Numbered from the whole stretch's first letter, positions 26,985 to 39,592 are shown. The stretch: 63,676 nucleotides of DNA, filler included, from Patellaria atrata CBS 101060 (GCA_010093705.1; 17 parts of 17 records of this genome joined end to end with filler, not necessarily neighbours in it), one strand, 5' to 3'. The notes: generated from the sequence alone by a model not told the origin. Made by a program: numbers and translations.

Positions 26985-27682
26985 ATGTCCGGACCCAGCC
27001 GCGCGCAAACACCAACGAAGCGCTTGCTGAACGAGCTCCAGACGTACCAGCACGAGCCTAATGGCGCGCTCCTGCAGCTCGGGCCCGCGAGCGACGATGA
27101 GCTGACGCACTGGACGGCGGTGATGAAGGGGGTACTCGGGACGGCTTATGAAGGTATTCTATTTCCCATGTCTACCCTCCTCTCCCACAGTTTCCCACAC
27201 TCCCTCCCTCCTCTCAAACTCAAGAACGACAAGCAAAAATGAATACAGGGTTGAAGAAGTGTATTGTATTATATTGTCCAAAGCTGATACGGAGAATACA
27301 GGCGGACTATGGAAACTCGACATCCGAATCCCGCCTTCCTACCCCCACACGCCGCCTGAGATACGCTTCGTGACGCCCATATGTCATCCGAACGTGCATT
27401 TTAAGGTATCTTCCTCCTTTGACTACCTTCTCATTCCTTAAAAAATTAAACTAACCTTCTAAACAGACCGGCGAAATCTGCCTCGACACGCTCAAATCCG
27501 CCTGGACGCCGGCCTACACCATCTCCTCAACTCTAACGGCCGTGCAGCAGCTGCTTACGTCCGCGGAGCCGGACTCGCCGCTCAATGTCGACGTGGCGCA
27601 GTTGCTGCGGCAGGGCGACACGGTGGGCGCGGAGGCACTTATCAGGTTTTATACTGTTGTTGAACGGTGGGGGGGACGGTGA
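26985..27682 (+). CDS. PEX4: Ubiquitin-conjugating enzyme E2, peroxin-4 type
   Basis: KRLLNEL, WTAVMKG...YEGGLWKLDIRIP, HPNVHFKTGEICLDTL, PDSPLNVDVAQLLRQGD. Introns about 27154-27301 and 27406-27466. Divergent from RRP46. Confidence 0.85.
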
Positions 27683-29076
27683 TGGGGGATGGGGGCTAAG
27701 GGGGTGGATATGGAGAGGGAAGGGGAGAAGGTGGTAAGGTTGGGGTTGGAGCATTTTGACTGGGACACTTTGATTGGGATGGATGGATGGGGGTATATAC
27801 TGTTGGACATATGGGTGGGACATGCGGGTGTATTAATATTCACATTCGCCGATTGGGTGGCGTGGGTGTTGCTAAAGCGTACCGTAAAACGAAACAAGGA
27901 ATCACGAGCTGTAATATAAAATCAGCGAGAAGCTGAACGTACTGATTGATTTAATTTGTTTTGACGTATTAGATTAGAGACGTTGAGAATGCTGGATAAG
28001 GTACGTGCAACCAGCCCGTAATTGTCCTGAGGTAAGAGTGTTCCCTCAGCACATCAGCACGAGGTCTCCTTTCTAAACTAGTCTTCTCCTATCCCGAGTG
28101 TCGCTCCTGGCCCGCCGTGCGTGTACCGTACGGTGTCCTTGGTTGGTACAGAGTACTGGAGGATTGCTGCAGCCGTATATTCCACGCGCCTGTACGGTTA
28201 CTTGTGTCTTGTACAGCCCCGTGCTTCCGTGTGGGACGAGACTACGTCCATATCTCGATTCGTCGTACAGTAGACCAAGAAGGACATGACGGTGCAAGAG
28301 ATAGCTGATAAGCGTCATCAGCCAAAGATCTAAGGAGCTCGGAGTGTACTGTCCGCGTCAGATGATAATAAGGCTATGCAGCCACATCAACATTAGGGTC
28401 GAGAATTGAATAAAGCCACAATGCTGTCCAGCCTCAGAAAAATGAAAGGCCAGCTCCAATGGTGTCCAGATAAACGCCGATATGCAAGATGTGCCAGATC
28501 CGACCGGCCAGTGGGTACCCCCATCCGTATGCGGTCATGATCGGCGCAGAGCTTGTCCCGACGCCATGTCCCCGACGTACTANNNNNNNNNNNNNNNNNN
28601 NNNNNNNNNNNNNNNNNNNNNNNNNNTTAATTAATTAANNNNNNNNNNNNNNNNNNNNNNNNNNNNNNNNNNNNNNNNNNNNGTCGAGGCTCTGCGTTGA
28701 AGTACATTGTTTACGTACTTGACATTTCTCGCAGCTCTCTTCGAGCAAAATGGGGACTTAGTGGGCGACTACCTGGGGGGATTTATTGTCAAAGAGATGA
28801 AAAGAAATCAGCCTAAACAAATCAAATATTGGAGTTTATGCTGTGTTGAAAATATGGAGTAAATGGGTATATAACGCCGATAGATGCTCGGGTACAGTAG
28901 AAATCCACCTCTATAACGCGAAGAAAAGAAACCGTCGGAAAGTAGAACATGGGTCTATGGCGAGGCTTTTTGATACCCTCAAGCCGTGAGCATCATACCC
29001 ATTAGCGTGAATCGAAACCCACAATAATGCCCATTCCACACCATGGAAGTCAGGCTCAGAGCACCCCGCTCATTCC

Positions 29077-30453
29077 CTACTTCCTCTTCCCCTTCGGCGT
29101 CCCCTCCATCAACAACCCCGTCCCAGCGCCTTTCATCCTCATCACCGCGCCCTCAATCTCCTCCCTCTTCCCCTTAACTGCCAAATCCCTCTGGGTAAGC
29201 TCCTCCTCAAAGGCCCTCTCTAACTCGCGCTTTTCCCTCCTTGCCGCCGTCATCTTCTTCACCGTCTCCGCGAACTGCTCGACGAACCAGTCACCAGCGT
29301 CCTCCCACTCGGCGAGGGAGAGGGAAGAGAGGAAGCGGGATTGGTCTTCCGGGGTGCTGGTGCGGAGGTGGGAGAGGCGGGCGGGAAGGGGGAGGGTAGA
29401 TTTCGCGGGGGGTAGAGGGTTAGGGGGGGGATTTGGGTTGATGTCGAAGGGCTCGGTTGCGAGGGTTGGGTAGGGTTTGCGTTTTAGGGCGCTTGGGGGG
29501 TAGTCGAGGTCGGGCTCGTTGGGGTCAGGTTGGGGTTTCGGTTCTTGCTTGATTTTGGGGAGGGGTTGATGCTGAGGTTGGGGCAGAGGTTGGTTTTGAG
29601 GCTGGAATGTAGTTGCGGATCGAGATATATTTCGACTTTGAATATTCAGTGGTAGTTTCTGGAACGCTCTAGATGGTTGGGGTGGTGCGGGTTGTGATCG
29701 ATGGAATTGACGATTTTGGAATGTCACTTGTTGTTGACGAGGGTCTTGTTGACGGAATGTCTGCTGTATTGGTTCCTCGTACACGGTTTCTGGGCCGAGT
29801 TCGGGATGACCAGATGTAGTAGACGGGTAGGAATTGTTCTCAGCGAAAGCATCGACAGGTTGTTCGTCGTCCTCGTAAGTCTCGTTATGGTATCCGTGCT
29901 GAGCATTTTGTTCGATTCGCATCATATCATGAAATTGATCCAAGGTCCTGAGTTGCTCTTGGCTAATAGGTCGTTCATCCTCCATATCTACTTCTTCCTC
30001 ATCGTCCTCTTCATCACCAACCTCTTTCTCACTGCTGGTTTCATTAACCGGATCTGGTTGCCCTTGATACTGTCGACGGTTCTCAAAATCATTCTGACGA
30101 AAGCGGCCCTGTTCTTCCAAATGAAAGTTACCAGTAGTAGTCGTATCTCCAATACTTTCAGCATCTGTATCAAAGGTATCACGTTGTCCTTGCTCGGCAT
30201 TGTAAGTAACCGGACGGCCTTGATTGCTAGATTGGTGATTCCGCGAAGTGATTCCCCTTTGAAGATCTCCTTGGTTTCGAGGTTGAACCTGAGAACTCAT
30301 CGGGGGCGATGCTAAGTGCGTCTTCGGCACAACAACCCTAGCATTCTGAGCGCGTTGCTGGCGAGATGAGAGTTGCTGCTGCTGTTGAGGTTGGCCATGA
30401 GAAGGACTACCAGCACGACCTCCACGGTTTATGAAGCTCGATAAACCAGCCAT
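29077..30453 (-). CDS. Ecm11-like protein (C-terminal ECM11 domain, Q/P-rich disordered N-terminus)
   Basis: LDYPPSALKRKPYPTLATEPFD...FLSSLSLAEWEDAGDWFVEQF...RREKR...FEEE matches the ECM11 C-terminal pattern. ATG at 30453. Confidence 0.8.
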   Translation of the reverse strand: MAGLSSFINRGGRAGSPSHGQPQQQQQLSSRQQRAQNARVVVPKTHLASPPMSSQVQPRNQGDLQRGITSRNHQSSNQGRPVTYNAEQGQRDTFDTDAESIGDTTTTGNFHLEEQGRFRQNDFENRRQYQGQPDPVNETSSEKEVGDEEDDEEEVDMEDERPISQEQLRTLDQFHDMMRIEQNAQHGYHNETYEDDEQPVDAFAENNSYPSTTSGHPELGPETVYEEPIQQTFRQQDPRQQQVTFQNRQFHRSQPAPPQPSRAFQKLPLNIQSRNISRSATTFQPQNQPLPQPQHQPLPKIKQEPKPQPDPNEPDLDYPPSALKRKPYPTLATEPFDINPNPPPNPLPPAKSTLPLPARLSHLRTSTPEDQSRFLSSLSLAEWEDAGDWFVEQFAETVKKMTAARREKRELERAFEEELTQRDLAVKGKREEIEGAVMRMKGAGTGLLMEGTPKGKRK

Positions 30454-30760
30454 GACTGTTGACTTCACAGGAGTAGAAGGAAATAGAGAAAGAGAGGAAT
30501 CTACCTACGGAGGGGAGAGTTTATAGTGCGAGACGCGTGCTCACGTGTAGTGCTGAAGTTTAGAAATGGGCAGGGGGAGGTGACGAGCGCCGAGCATCCC
30601 CCCTGGTACTGGTATCCCTACCTTATCCTTATCCGCATCCTCATATAGAACTATCGTGGGGCAGCTTTATGGTCACGTAGAATAAACAAAAACTCACCTA
30701 GAGTCAATCCAACCTAACCTCCATGATATCGACATCTCATTCTTAGACAATCTTTTCACC

Positions 30761-31862
30761 ATGGCCCCCGAGATAATGGGTCAACCCCCTATACCAATGC
30801 CTCGCGCTGCTCTAGTGGCACTACCCAACGAAGTTCTCCTTGAGATCTTCTCCCTTATACCTACGCTCAACCTGCTCTCCCTCACACCAATTCACAGCCG
30901 CATTTACGCCATTATCCTAAGAGTCCTGCACGATCGCCTCGTCCGCGCCGCTCACGTAACATTCAAGACGCACGCCCTTCACTTCTCTTGTCATCCCTCT
31001 TTCGCCCATTTCCGCCCTCTATGGTGCGAATACCTAGGTACCCCGGGCCTCGACTGCGACCAAACAGGTCAATTGAGCGCGAGCGCCCGCCGAAATGAAG
31101 AGGCAAGCTGGAAAGGGAGATGGAACCCCGACAGTTCACCAGCCAGACTCGGCGAGCTCAAGAATCTCTACTGCCGCTTCAAGCCTCTAACCAAAGGAAA
31201 CCGATGGATCAAGCGGAAGAAGCTGTTTAGAATCACGCTGAAAGATTTCGACTACCAAACGCAGGGGGTCCATCGACAGTTCTGGTGGCAAGAAGACGCC
31301 AATCATCATATCACCCGTCGTCAGGTCTATCTCGAAGACGGTGAACTCTTTACCCAGTTGGTGGCCACCGCTAGTCTTTTGAGGCTCGACCCACATCGCA
31401 TCGCGGAGTATCCTTCCTGGGTAGGGCACCGGACGGAAGAAGATGTCAAACTCGGTAGAGGTGTGGTGAGGCTTTGGAGAGATTGGCTTGGTTCGGCTGT
31501 AAAAGACGTCAAAGATCAAGTCTGTGCGGTAATAGGGACCTCCAAGGAGAAAGACGCAGCCGACAAGATCATGTGGATCAACCCAACGGAAAACATAGGC
31601 ATTAAGTTTGGTGTCAACTACGGCGAAGTTGCCAGGAACATTCTAGTGTATAACCCTAGGGAAGATGTAAAATTTCCTTTTCGTTATACACTTCAGTACG
31701 ATGGTGAGTTGCTTCGTATTCCGTTTCACCACATTCCATCTTTCGCAAGCTCTTGCTTATTCCATAGCAGAACTCTATGTGCGAACATCACACCTTCTAC
31801 TCATGTTGGAGGACGAAGAAGAACGTGTCGAGAAGACGGTGTTCTTACTTCGTCATCTCTAG
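30761..31862 (+). CDS. F-box domain protein
   Basis: LVALPNEVLLEIFSLIPTLNLLSL F-box; CEYLGTPGL and LEDGELFTQL motifs. Intron 31704-31770 gives final exon ELYVRTSHLLLMLE...*. The ORF-track tail to 32218 is probably intron read-through. Confidence 0.78.
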
Positions 31863-32458
31863 TTCTAAGCCTTTCACGTCTACATATTGATACCCCCTTT
31901 CGCTACCCTTCTTATGATCCCCTCATTTCCTTTCATATACGCTGTACGATATTGCCTCGTTTTTCCCCTATCTCATATATCTCGGTGGAGTCAAATTCTC
32001 TCATTTACGGTGGAAATGTGCAATATACCCCGAACCCAGTGTTTGATTCTAGAAGACAAAGCTACGGTAACCGAAGTGTACTAGACGGTAGATTTAGTTG
32101 TCCCTTGGGGTTTTCTTTACTTTCACCCCACAAATTCATACCCAGAACTTCTCATTCCTATCTTATACACTTTGGCGGAGCCGGTGAACATGTATGCACA
32201 ATATATACCATAATGTGAGGGCTTAGTTCAAAAAATAAAACAAAAATATCTATATATATTACACTACAAGATCCAGTATCTCTCCCCCCACCCCTCCCCC
32301 CCCCTCTTCCCCCCCTCTCTCACTGATTCACATTCCCCCTAACCATCCCCTCGACTCTNNNNNNNNNNNNNNNNNNNNNNNNNNNNNNNNNNNNNNNNNN
32401 NNTTAATTAATTAANNNNNNNNNNNNNNNNNNNNNNNNNNNNNNNNNNNNNNNNNNNN

Positions 32459-33690
32459 TCCCGCCTCCGACACACAACCACACTACCCCCACGTCCATCG
32501 CCACCCCGCAGACTCAAAACAAAATCAAGCCGCTCATCCCGCGCCAGTTTATCATGATACTCCCGCCAAGCCGTATGCATATCAGCATCCGGCTGATCGC
32601 CAAGCCAGCGGCCCATACGATCCAAAACGCGCCTCTCATCCTCCCTCTCCGCCTCCGGCGCGCGCGGGATCCTGAGCCACTCGATCCCGGGCAGGGCATC
32701 GAGGTCCGCATCCGGGGGTAGCGGCAGCGGCCAGATCAGGCGGAGTTCCGCGAGCCCGCCGCGCGCGAGCAGGAAGACGAAGGCGCGGGCGACGGGCCAG
32801 TTGAAGGCGAGGCCCTGGTGGGTCCAGGCTTGGGCGTCGAGGTGTGCTTCTTCGTCTGGGTTGGCGTGGTTGTAGACGGCGAGGAAGTGGGCGGGGGTGT
32901 AGAGGGTGCGGGTGTAGGGGAGCTCGAGGGCGATGGAGCGGAGGGCGGGCATTGTCGCTATCGTTTCGAGTAGCGGTGTCCATTCTGCTGTCGGCGAGGT
33001 GGTGGTGGTGTCGGAGGCGGCGTCTATGCAGAGGTGCGTTTGGAGGGTCCAGACGTCGAAGTGGAGGTGCTGGATTCGGTTGAGCTGGCTGCGGGGGAGG
33101 GATGTCAGGAGCGCGAGGTAGTCGGCGGGCCGGGTGCAGTATTCGAGGATGCAGAATGTGGTTTCTTTGTAGAGGAGGGAGAGCGCTTCAGCTGCGGTTT
33201 GCTTGTTGCAGAAGATGATGGGGAGTTTTTGACGGAGATCTCTTAGGGCGTCTCCTAGCTTCACCGGCTGCTCGGTCGGGTCGGATTCCTCCTCGTATTC
33301 CGCGGTCCTAGTACTGTTCTCCCTTCGGCGAGCGCGCAATTCGGCAGCAGTTTCGCTATCGATAGAGTGCTGGCCCGCCTTGTCTTGTTCGGATTGAAGA
33401 ATATCCTGTTCATCCGGTCTGGTACTGTAGGGATTTGTGAACTTGAATTCACGGTCAATCAAGTTCACGCGTTCGGGAATAATGTAACTATATATCTGGT
33501 TCCGCATCTCAAGAGGCAACTGGAAAAAGGGTATATTCTGCCGACGCAGCTCGACTGACCCGGACGTGTCCGCAACTGGTTCCTGCCAGGTGAGCTCCAG
33601 TTCTCGCTTTGTCCTGCGGATTTGCCGGTTTGTAGTACGCCTGAACCGCATTATTGAATACTCCTGATGCTTAGAAAATACTGAACCCAT
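32459..33690 (-). CDS. Hypothetical protein with F-box-like motif (3' end at contig edge)
   Basis: Long ORF with PFFQLPLEMRNQIYSYII and IIFCNKQTAAEALSLLYKETTF, a pattern common in fungal F-box-like proteins. Candidate start MGSVFS. Confidence 0.6.
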
Positions 33691-35034
33691 GTTGTATTTC
33701 TTTTGGACCGATAAACGTGATGATACCTGAAGTGGAATGTGATTTCTTAACAAGCGGGCGACAGTACGGTAGTCGTAACTTCACCAAAGTCTCAGAATAC
33801 AGTAGAGCTGAGATGCCTTGGAGTGTATTCACAAAAGGAAATAAATATTGAAGATTTGGATGAGCAAATTGATAATGATAGGAACGAGAATTAATGGAGA
33901 AATAAGCTGAAGGTGTAAAAGTAGGCGTCCGGATGCACCGCCTCAGGGCTTCTTTCAACAGACGTCGGATCCTCTCAAACTCGACTACTTTTGAGACCTG
34001 TATCACCTTGCACTCTCCCTCTGGCATATTTTATTGCTGGTTCAATTCCCCAAAAGTAGAGATTCTTATTTATTTATTTATTTTGGCGTTTCTCGCTGAT
34101 CCTTCAACGTCAGGCTGCTGTGGAACGATAGCACCGTAGTAGTTCTCTTAAGCTATTGGCCAACCCAATATTTTCTTATTTGGAAGTATTTCTAGGCGCA
34201 TGTTATATGACTATGCCGAACAACAGGCTCCCTTATCTATTGACAATCTGGTGAATGGTAAGGCAGAAACGAGATATTGAACGTTATACTTGCATTTAAG
34301 TGATTGATCTCTCCATGTAATTCGACGGAAATTGAGCCAAAACGAACTAGAGCTATGATGATCCTAGGTATCCATGTGGTTGGCATCAAAATGGGACTTT
34401 GACGTTGGCTGTATGTACTGTCATCCTAAATAATCAACAGGACGGAGGCCATCAAGGCGGGATCGTTTGACCGGAGCTTATGCAACCAACCCAAAGAGGT
34501 AACCAACACTTAGTTCTTCGAACGTAGAGCAATCTTTTGGGAATTGAGCACAGCTACTTGGAAAGGCACGCAAAAGTAAGCTTACTTACTTTCACGTAAA
34601 CCCCCTTATCCAACATACATGCCCTCTGAACTTTTCAAGTTTCCCTAAATGTGAACTTTTGATATGACCGAAACTCCACAAGGTGTTCAAATGAATATCA
34701 GCTCCCTTGGTCATATAAGTCTGTGTTGATAGCTTCACCAGTGGTAGATGATATCACTCCTCCTCATTCGCCGCCAATTTGACTTATTTCCCCTCTTACA
34801 CCTAAATCACCTTCCTTATCCTCGCTCTCGCTTTGAATGTCATTATATGAGCACTTGATGTGAATGGAGTTAGAATACGGTGTTCGGTATTCGGTATTCG
34901 ACGTGTCTCCTATTCATTCTTCTTGGTTTAACTGCGAACTAGCCGTATGACGGTTCTTTCATTGTGTTTCTGCTTACTGTTGACGTCCATAGCTTCAAAC
35001 CCTGGAAATCTCTCCTATTTTAGAATTCCTTTGC

Positions 35035-36026
35035 TCAAATGAACCGAATGGTATCCTCCTCAGTCAAAGCAGACGCCCACGCATCCTTATGGATCTGGCA
35101 GACCGCCAATCGTTCCACATATCCCTTCCCAAGCATCCTTACGAGCATGACGTTCCGAAGGCACCGTTTAGTGATTGCATACTCCATATGATCGAATACC
35201 GGAAACCTTTTAGACACCCAGGAGTCCAAGTGCTCATCGCTAAGGAGTACTGAAGACAAAAGCACAAACTTGTATGGTTGATTACTGTCGACTGTCCAAA
35301 GTTCTTCGCTAGTGTAGATAGCTCCACAATGATGACCTTCGCTGTTGTATATCTTATATGAAATCTGTCCTTCCCATTGGATTGATACTGGGTCGTAAAA
35401 ATAGAAGTCTTGTGAAGTACTGGTACGAACGCTCAATTCGCAAGCCATATCATCCGAAGCACTTAGGGAGTTAGCTGGAATTCCTAACGAGCTCTCAGCT
35501 CGCTTCGGTAGCCATCTCACTTCAACGGGAGAACCCGGCACTGGAGCGACTGCTCCACCGCGACTGAGGGTAGCTGGCCAGCGGACGGGACCGCTCCAAC
35601 CTGCCCAGGTCCAGCTCGGAAAGATGGGCATCGCTTTCCCTTCTGTTTCTACGCACCGTCTTTTGATATCTGACTCGGGGATCCAGAGTAGACCCATTTC
35701 AGGTTCACGCGCTGGAATGCCGAAAACGAATTTTCCTGCGCCGCACTTTTGCATAGCGCCAGTAATACCAGAGAAGGCGTTGATGACATCTGACTGAAAC
35801 GACAGTTGACGGCGAGAATAAGATTGTACAAGCTGTTTGTAGACACCGACTTGCCAACTCCATGCCCCATTGTCGTACTGCCAGAACTGGTCGGCAGCAA
35901 GTGGATTAGATGTGGTGCTCGTACTTGCTGTCTTTTCGCCTAAGACACTAGCCCCAACTTCTGCTTTGATATTCGTCAGACACTGGAAGTACAGTCCCTG
36001 GTCCGAGAAGAAAAGGCATCGTTTAG
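35035..36026 (-). CDS. HET-domain (TOL-like) heterokaryon-incompatibility protein, C-terminal part
   Basis: KRCLFFSDQGLYFQC, YSRRQLSFQSDVINAFSGI, GLLW, FPSWTWAGW and VERLAVCQI are the motifs that follow fungal HET domains. The HET core lies beyond the contig end. Confidence 0.8.
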
Positions 36027-36288
36027 NNNNNNNNNNNNNNNNNNNNNNNNNNNNNNNNNNNNNNNNNNNNTTAATTAATTAANNNNNNNNNNNNNNNNNN
36101 NNNNNNNNNNNNNNNNNNNNNNNNNNACTTGAAATCACATAGTTCAATTCCCACTGCATCGCATATCTATAACTAATCCTCTCCCGTCACACACACACAC
36201 ACACACATATATATATGTACGTATGTACGCGTTCTTCATATCCAGCAGCGTATCCAACCTCCTCCTCCACCATAGAAACATCTATAAC

Positions 36289-37674
36289 CTAAGTTACCGC
36301 GTCACAACCTACTCCCCTTCCCGCCCTCCCCCTCCTCTTTTTCCTCCTTCGGATCAGGTTCCAGCGCCGACGGGGGGCTCTGTCCCGCATTCCGAGCATC
36401 ATTAAACGCGTTCGGATCGGTCAGGAACGTTTCGTCGCCTGAGAAATGCCTTGATTCTCACATCAGCCGAGCTATCCGGGGCCACCACCATATACAACCA
36501 CAAGGAAACGGCAGAGCAAGAGTAAAAGAAAAATGAAAAACAAACTCACCACCCCCTCTCCTCGCCCCCCCTTAAAAACCCACACTCCCCATTCCTTGTA
36601 CACACCCACCCACCCCCGACTCCCCTACCCTCCCATCTCGTATCCGGGATCCGCTCCGGGGTCTTCGGATCCCACATCTCCACCCCCTCACCCTCCCCTC
36701 TTATACCTCTATCTACAGCAACACTTCCCCCATCTCGCCGCTCAAACCGACTAAGCGCACAAGTCCCACACCCAAACTCCCTCTCCTCCCACCCCGCCTC
36801 GGGCATCCGTCCCGTAAGCACCCGACCCAGCGCAATCATGCTCGCGGCATGCGTGCACACCAACAGCGCCCTCGGAGCCCTCGGATCGTTATCCAGCGCC
36901 TCGATGACGCGGTGAGCCGTGTACGCGACACGATCATGAAGCGCGCGTATGCTCTCTCCATTCACCGAGGGCGTGAGGACGGGGGTTTCGTAGGTCCGGG
37001 AGAGAAAGGGGAAGTGGGCGTGGAGGATGTGGAGGGGGGCGGGGGAAGGGTGGTCGAAGCGGGCGAGGCCGTAGAATTCGCTGCGAGTGTGAGAGCAGGG
37101 TCAGCCTTTCGTTTCATCCCCTTCGTTCCATACGGCCATGCACGGTCACAGGTATAGGAACGGGAACGGTAAAGGAACACACCCAAACCCATTCTCGACC
37201 CTAACACCCTCGTCCAAAAGCCCCAGTCCCCCTTTCCCCTCCTCTTTCCCCTCCCCCATCCTCAACCCCCCCACCACCCCCGCCAGCGTCTGCAAACACC
37301 GATAGAACGGACTCGAATACACCACATCAACCGCCGGTTCCAGACCCCTCACATACGCGGCCAACTGTTCCGCCTGCTCGACGCCGTAAGCCGCGAGGGC
37401 CGGGTCGGACGGTATACCGGTCGGCGAGGGGACCGAGGCCGTGTATTGGCCCGTTTGCGGGTCGACGATCCAGTTGGAGCGGTACTGTTGGAAGGAGCAG
37501 ACTACGTTAGTGATAATTCATCGGCTGGTTGGGGTATTTTTCTTTTTCTTTTTCGTTTTTTGTTTTGTTTTTTTTTGGGTGGGGGTGCGGGAAAGGGTGA
37601 GGATTTTTGGGGGGAAAGAGGGGGATGGGTTACTGACTCACTCCGTGTCTGGTGATGTAGATTACTTCGAGCAT
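36289..37674 (-). CDS. TFC7: Histidine-phosphatase (phosphoglycerate mutase-like) protein, TFIIIC tau55/Tfc7-like
   Basis: MLEVIYITRHG, SPTGIPSDPALAAYGVEQA, VYSSPFYRCLQT, LLVCTHAASMIALGRVLTG, NGECGFLRGGEERGWHFSGDE. Three introns. C-terminus uncertain. Confidence 0.82.
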
Positions 37675-38068
37675 GGTTGCACAAGGTTGATTGAGACCCT
37701 CTTGACGGTATTTATCTGAGGTTTTTGCGGGGAGACAATTGTAGGAGAAAAGTGCGGAACTTGCGGAAAGTAAAATTATCTTTGATAGGAATACCTTAAG
37801 TACCCTGGTGCCTCGGAGTAGCATTGACCAATAGGAGGACCAGAACGCCGCACATAGTTAGAGACGCGAGTATAAGGTAGTATTCACATTTCATTTCACT
37901 TAAAAGAATTTCATCATAAACTTATTCAGCTGTCATAGTTCCATTCATATTGCATCCATCCTCTAGAATCGATAGATCCTGAGACATTACTGCCCTACAG
38001 AATGTGGGTATAAACTTTTCCAGACCTCATAAATGCGTGACGCCTTCACTAGAAACCCACACGAGTAC

Positions 38069-38721
38069 CTAGTAGAAGAAACCCAAGATCTTGCCAGCGA
38101 CGTGTTTCCGCCTGGCCTCCTCGTGGTCCATGATACCGGCTGAGGTGGTAAGGACGATGTATCCGAACTGACGGGATGGGAGAAGCTTGACGACCCACTT
38201 CTCGAGATCACGGAGCTGAACGTTGTAACGGGGGCTGATGACGCCAGTCTTGTTCAGACTATAAACGTGTTAGCCTATCCATTTATCGGATGTGATAAAT
38301 CGTGTCGACGAGCTTACCGGCCGTTCAACTGAATGACGATCTTGCCGTTGCGGTGGTCATCGACCTCCTCGAATTCACCAATGTATCCTGCACAAAATGT
38401 CAGTTTGTTGCGAGCAAATAAACGTCGAACGTCATGAGGATCCGAGAACGTGTAAGTTCCTCGCTGAAATATGATCTATCGGACACTTAAAGGGCAAAAA
38501 CCGTGGAGTAGTTGAGATATTCGCCTAGTTATCAATCCGAATTTGGGGCAAGGGTATAGTGCAAGGATTCAAGTAAAAGTGAACATACCGTGTCTCTGCA
38601 TGACGGAGAGGAACTTGATGATGACCTTGGAGCTAGGTCTAATCATAACCTGACGCTTGCCGGCCTTCTCGGCGTTGTTGATGGACTTGAGCGCATCGTT
38701 GAGAACACTAGTCTTGACCAT
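38069..38721 (-). CDS. RPS22: 40S ribosomal protein S22 (uS8); not in the ORF track
   Basis: [45 protein letters not shown] / [23 protein letters not shown] / [13 protein letters not shown]...[22 protein letters not shown]. Introns about 38388-38588 and 38259-38317, plus a 5'UTR intron 38770-38971. Confidence 0.98.
38403..38541 (-). ncRNA. snR44: Intronic H/ACA box snoRNA, snR44 orthologue
   Basis: Layout is hairpin (UCGGA...UCCGA), H box AGAUCA, hairpin (GCGAG...CUCGC), ACA + 3 nt. Pockets UGAUAACU/UUUAA and CUUACA/UUUA fit yeast 18S U106 and 25S U1056, each 14 nt from its box. Confidence 0.88.
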
Positions 38722-39592
38722 TCTGACGATGGGATGAGATTCTCAAATGGCGGATGCAAAATGAGGTATCTGTGACACGGATCATGTTAGCCTTCAGAAG
38801 CCCAGAGCAATGAAGAGTGCCCTTCAGTTGAGAGACTGTAGGGTTCTTCAGCTCATGCCGCTGGGAAAGTTGCGTATCGCGTTGCGATTCAATTAAGAAG
38901 CCAGCGGGATTGCACTTTCCGGCTACCTGAAGGGCACTCGGACAGTTATGATAGGCATTGAAATGACCTACCTCGAGGCTGATGAAAGGATAGGGTTGAT
39001 GGAATGTTGTCGTAAAGTTCGTGAACGCAGATTGTGAGATGGAGACGAATATCGGTGCTCTTAGCGTTTGTGCATCTTGGCTCTCGCTAAGAACACGCAC
39101 CCCTTGAACCAACCACTCTTGGCACGAAAACATCTCTTAAATCTACTTAAAAGCTCGCGTTTTTTTTTATTTTTTTTTATTTATTTTTTTTTGGTCATCT
39201 ACTCAACGGTTAGGAATAGAATAAATCCACATCGTTATTTCAATTCCCGGCGAAAAATCTTGTAGATTCGTGTGCGATATGATTTTTTGGACGAGGTGAT
39301 GAAAGTTCAGTTTCTGGAAGTGCTTATCTAAAAGCTTGGCATACTACATTCACCACTTGAGGGCATTAGGGTACAACCGGCAGAAAAAGGGCCTCCACCG
39401 CCCAAAGTCCAAGGCCCAAACCCCCAAGAGACCCTTCTAACTCAGGGACTAAAGTACCTAAATTTCGGTGGTCTGATGGGCCTCTTTGGCGCCTTGTAGT
39501 ACTGTTAGCCTCCGCAGTTACTGTGGTAGGTACTTGCTCCTCAGACCATCCCCCGTCATGGAGGTTCAAAAGCGGTGAGATCATTCACGCAT

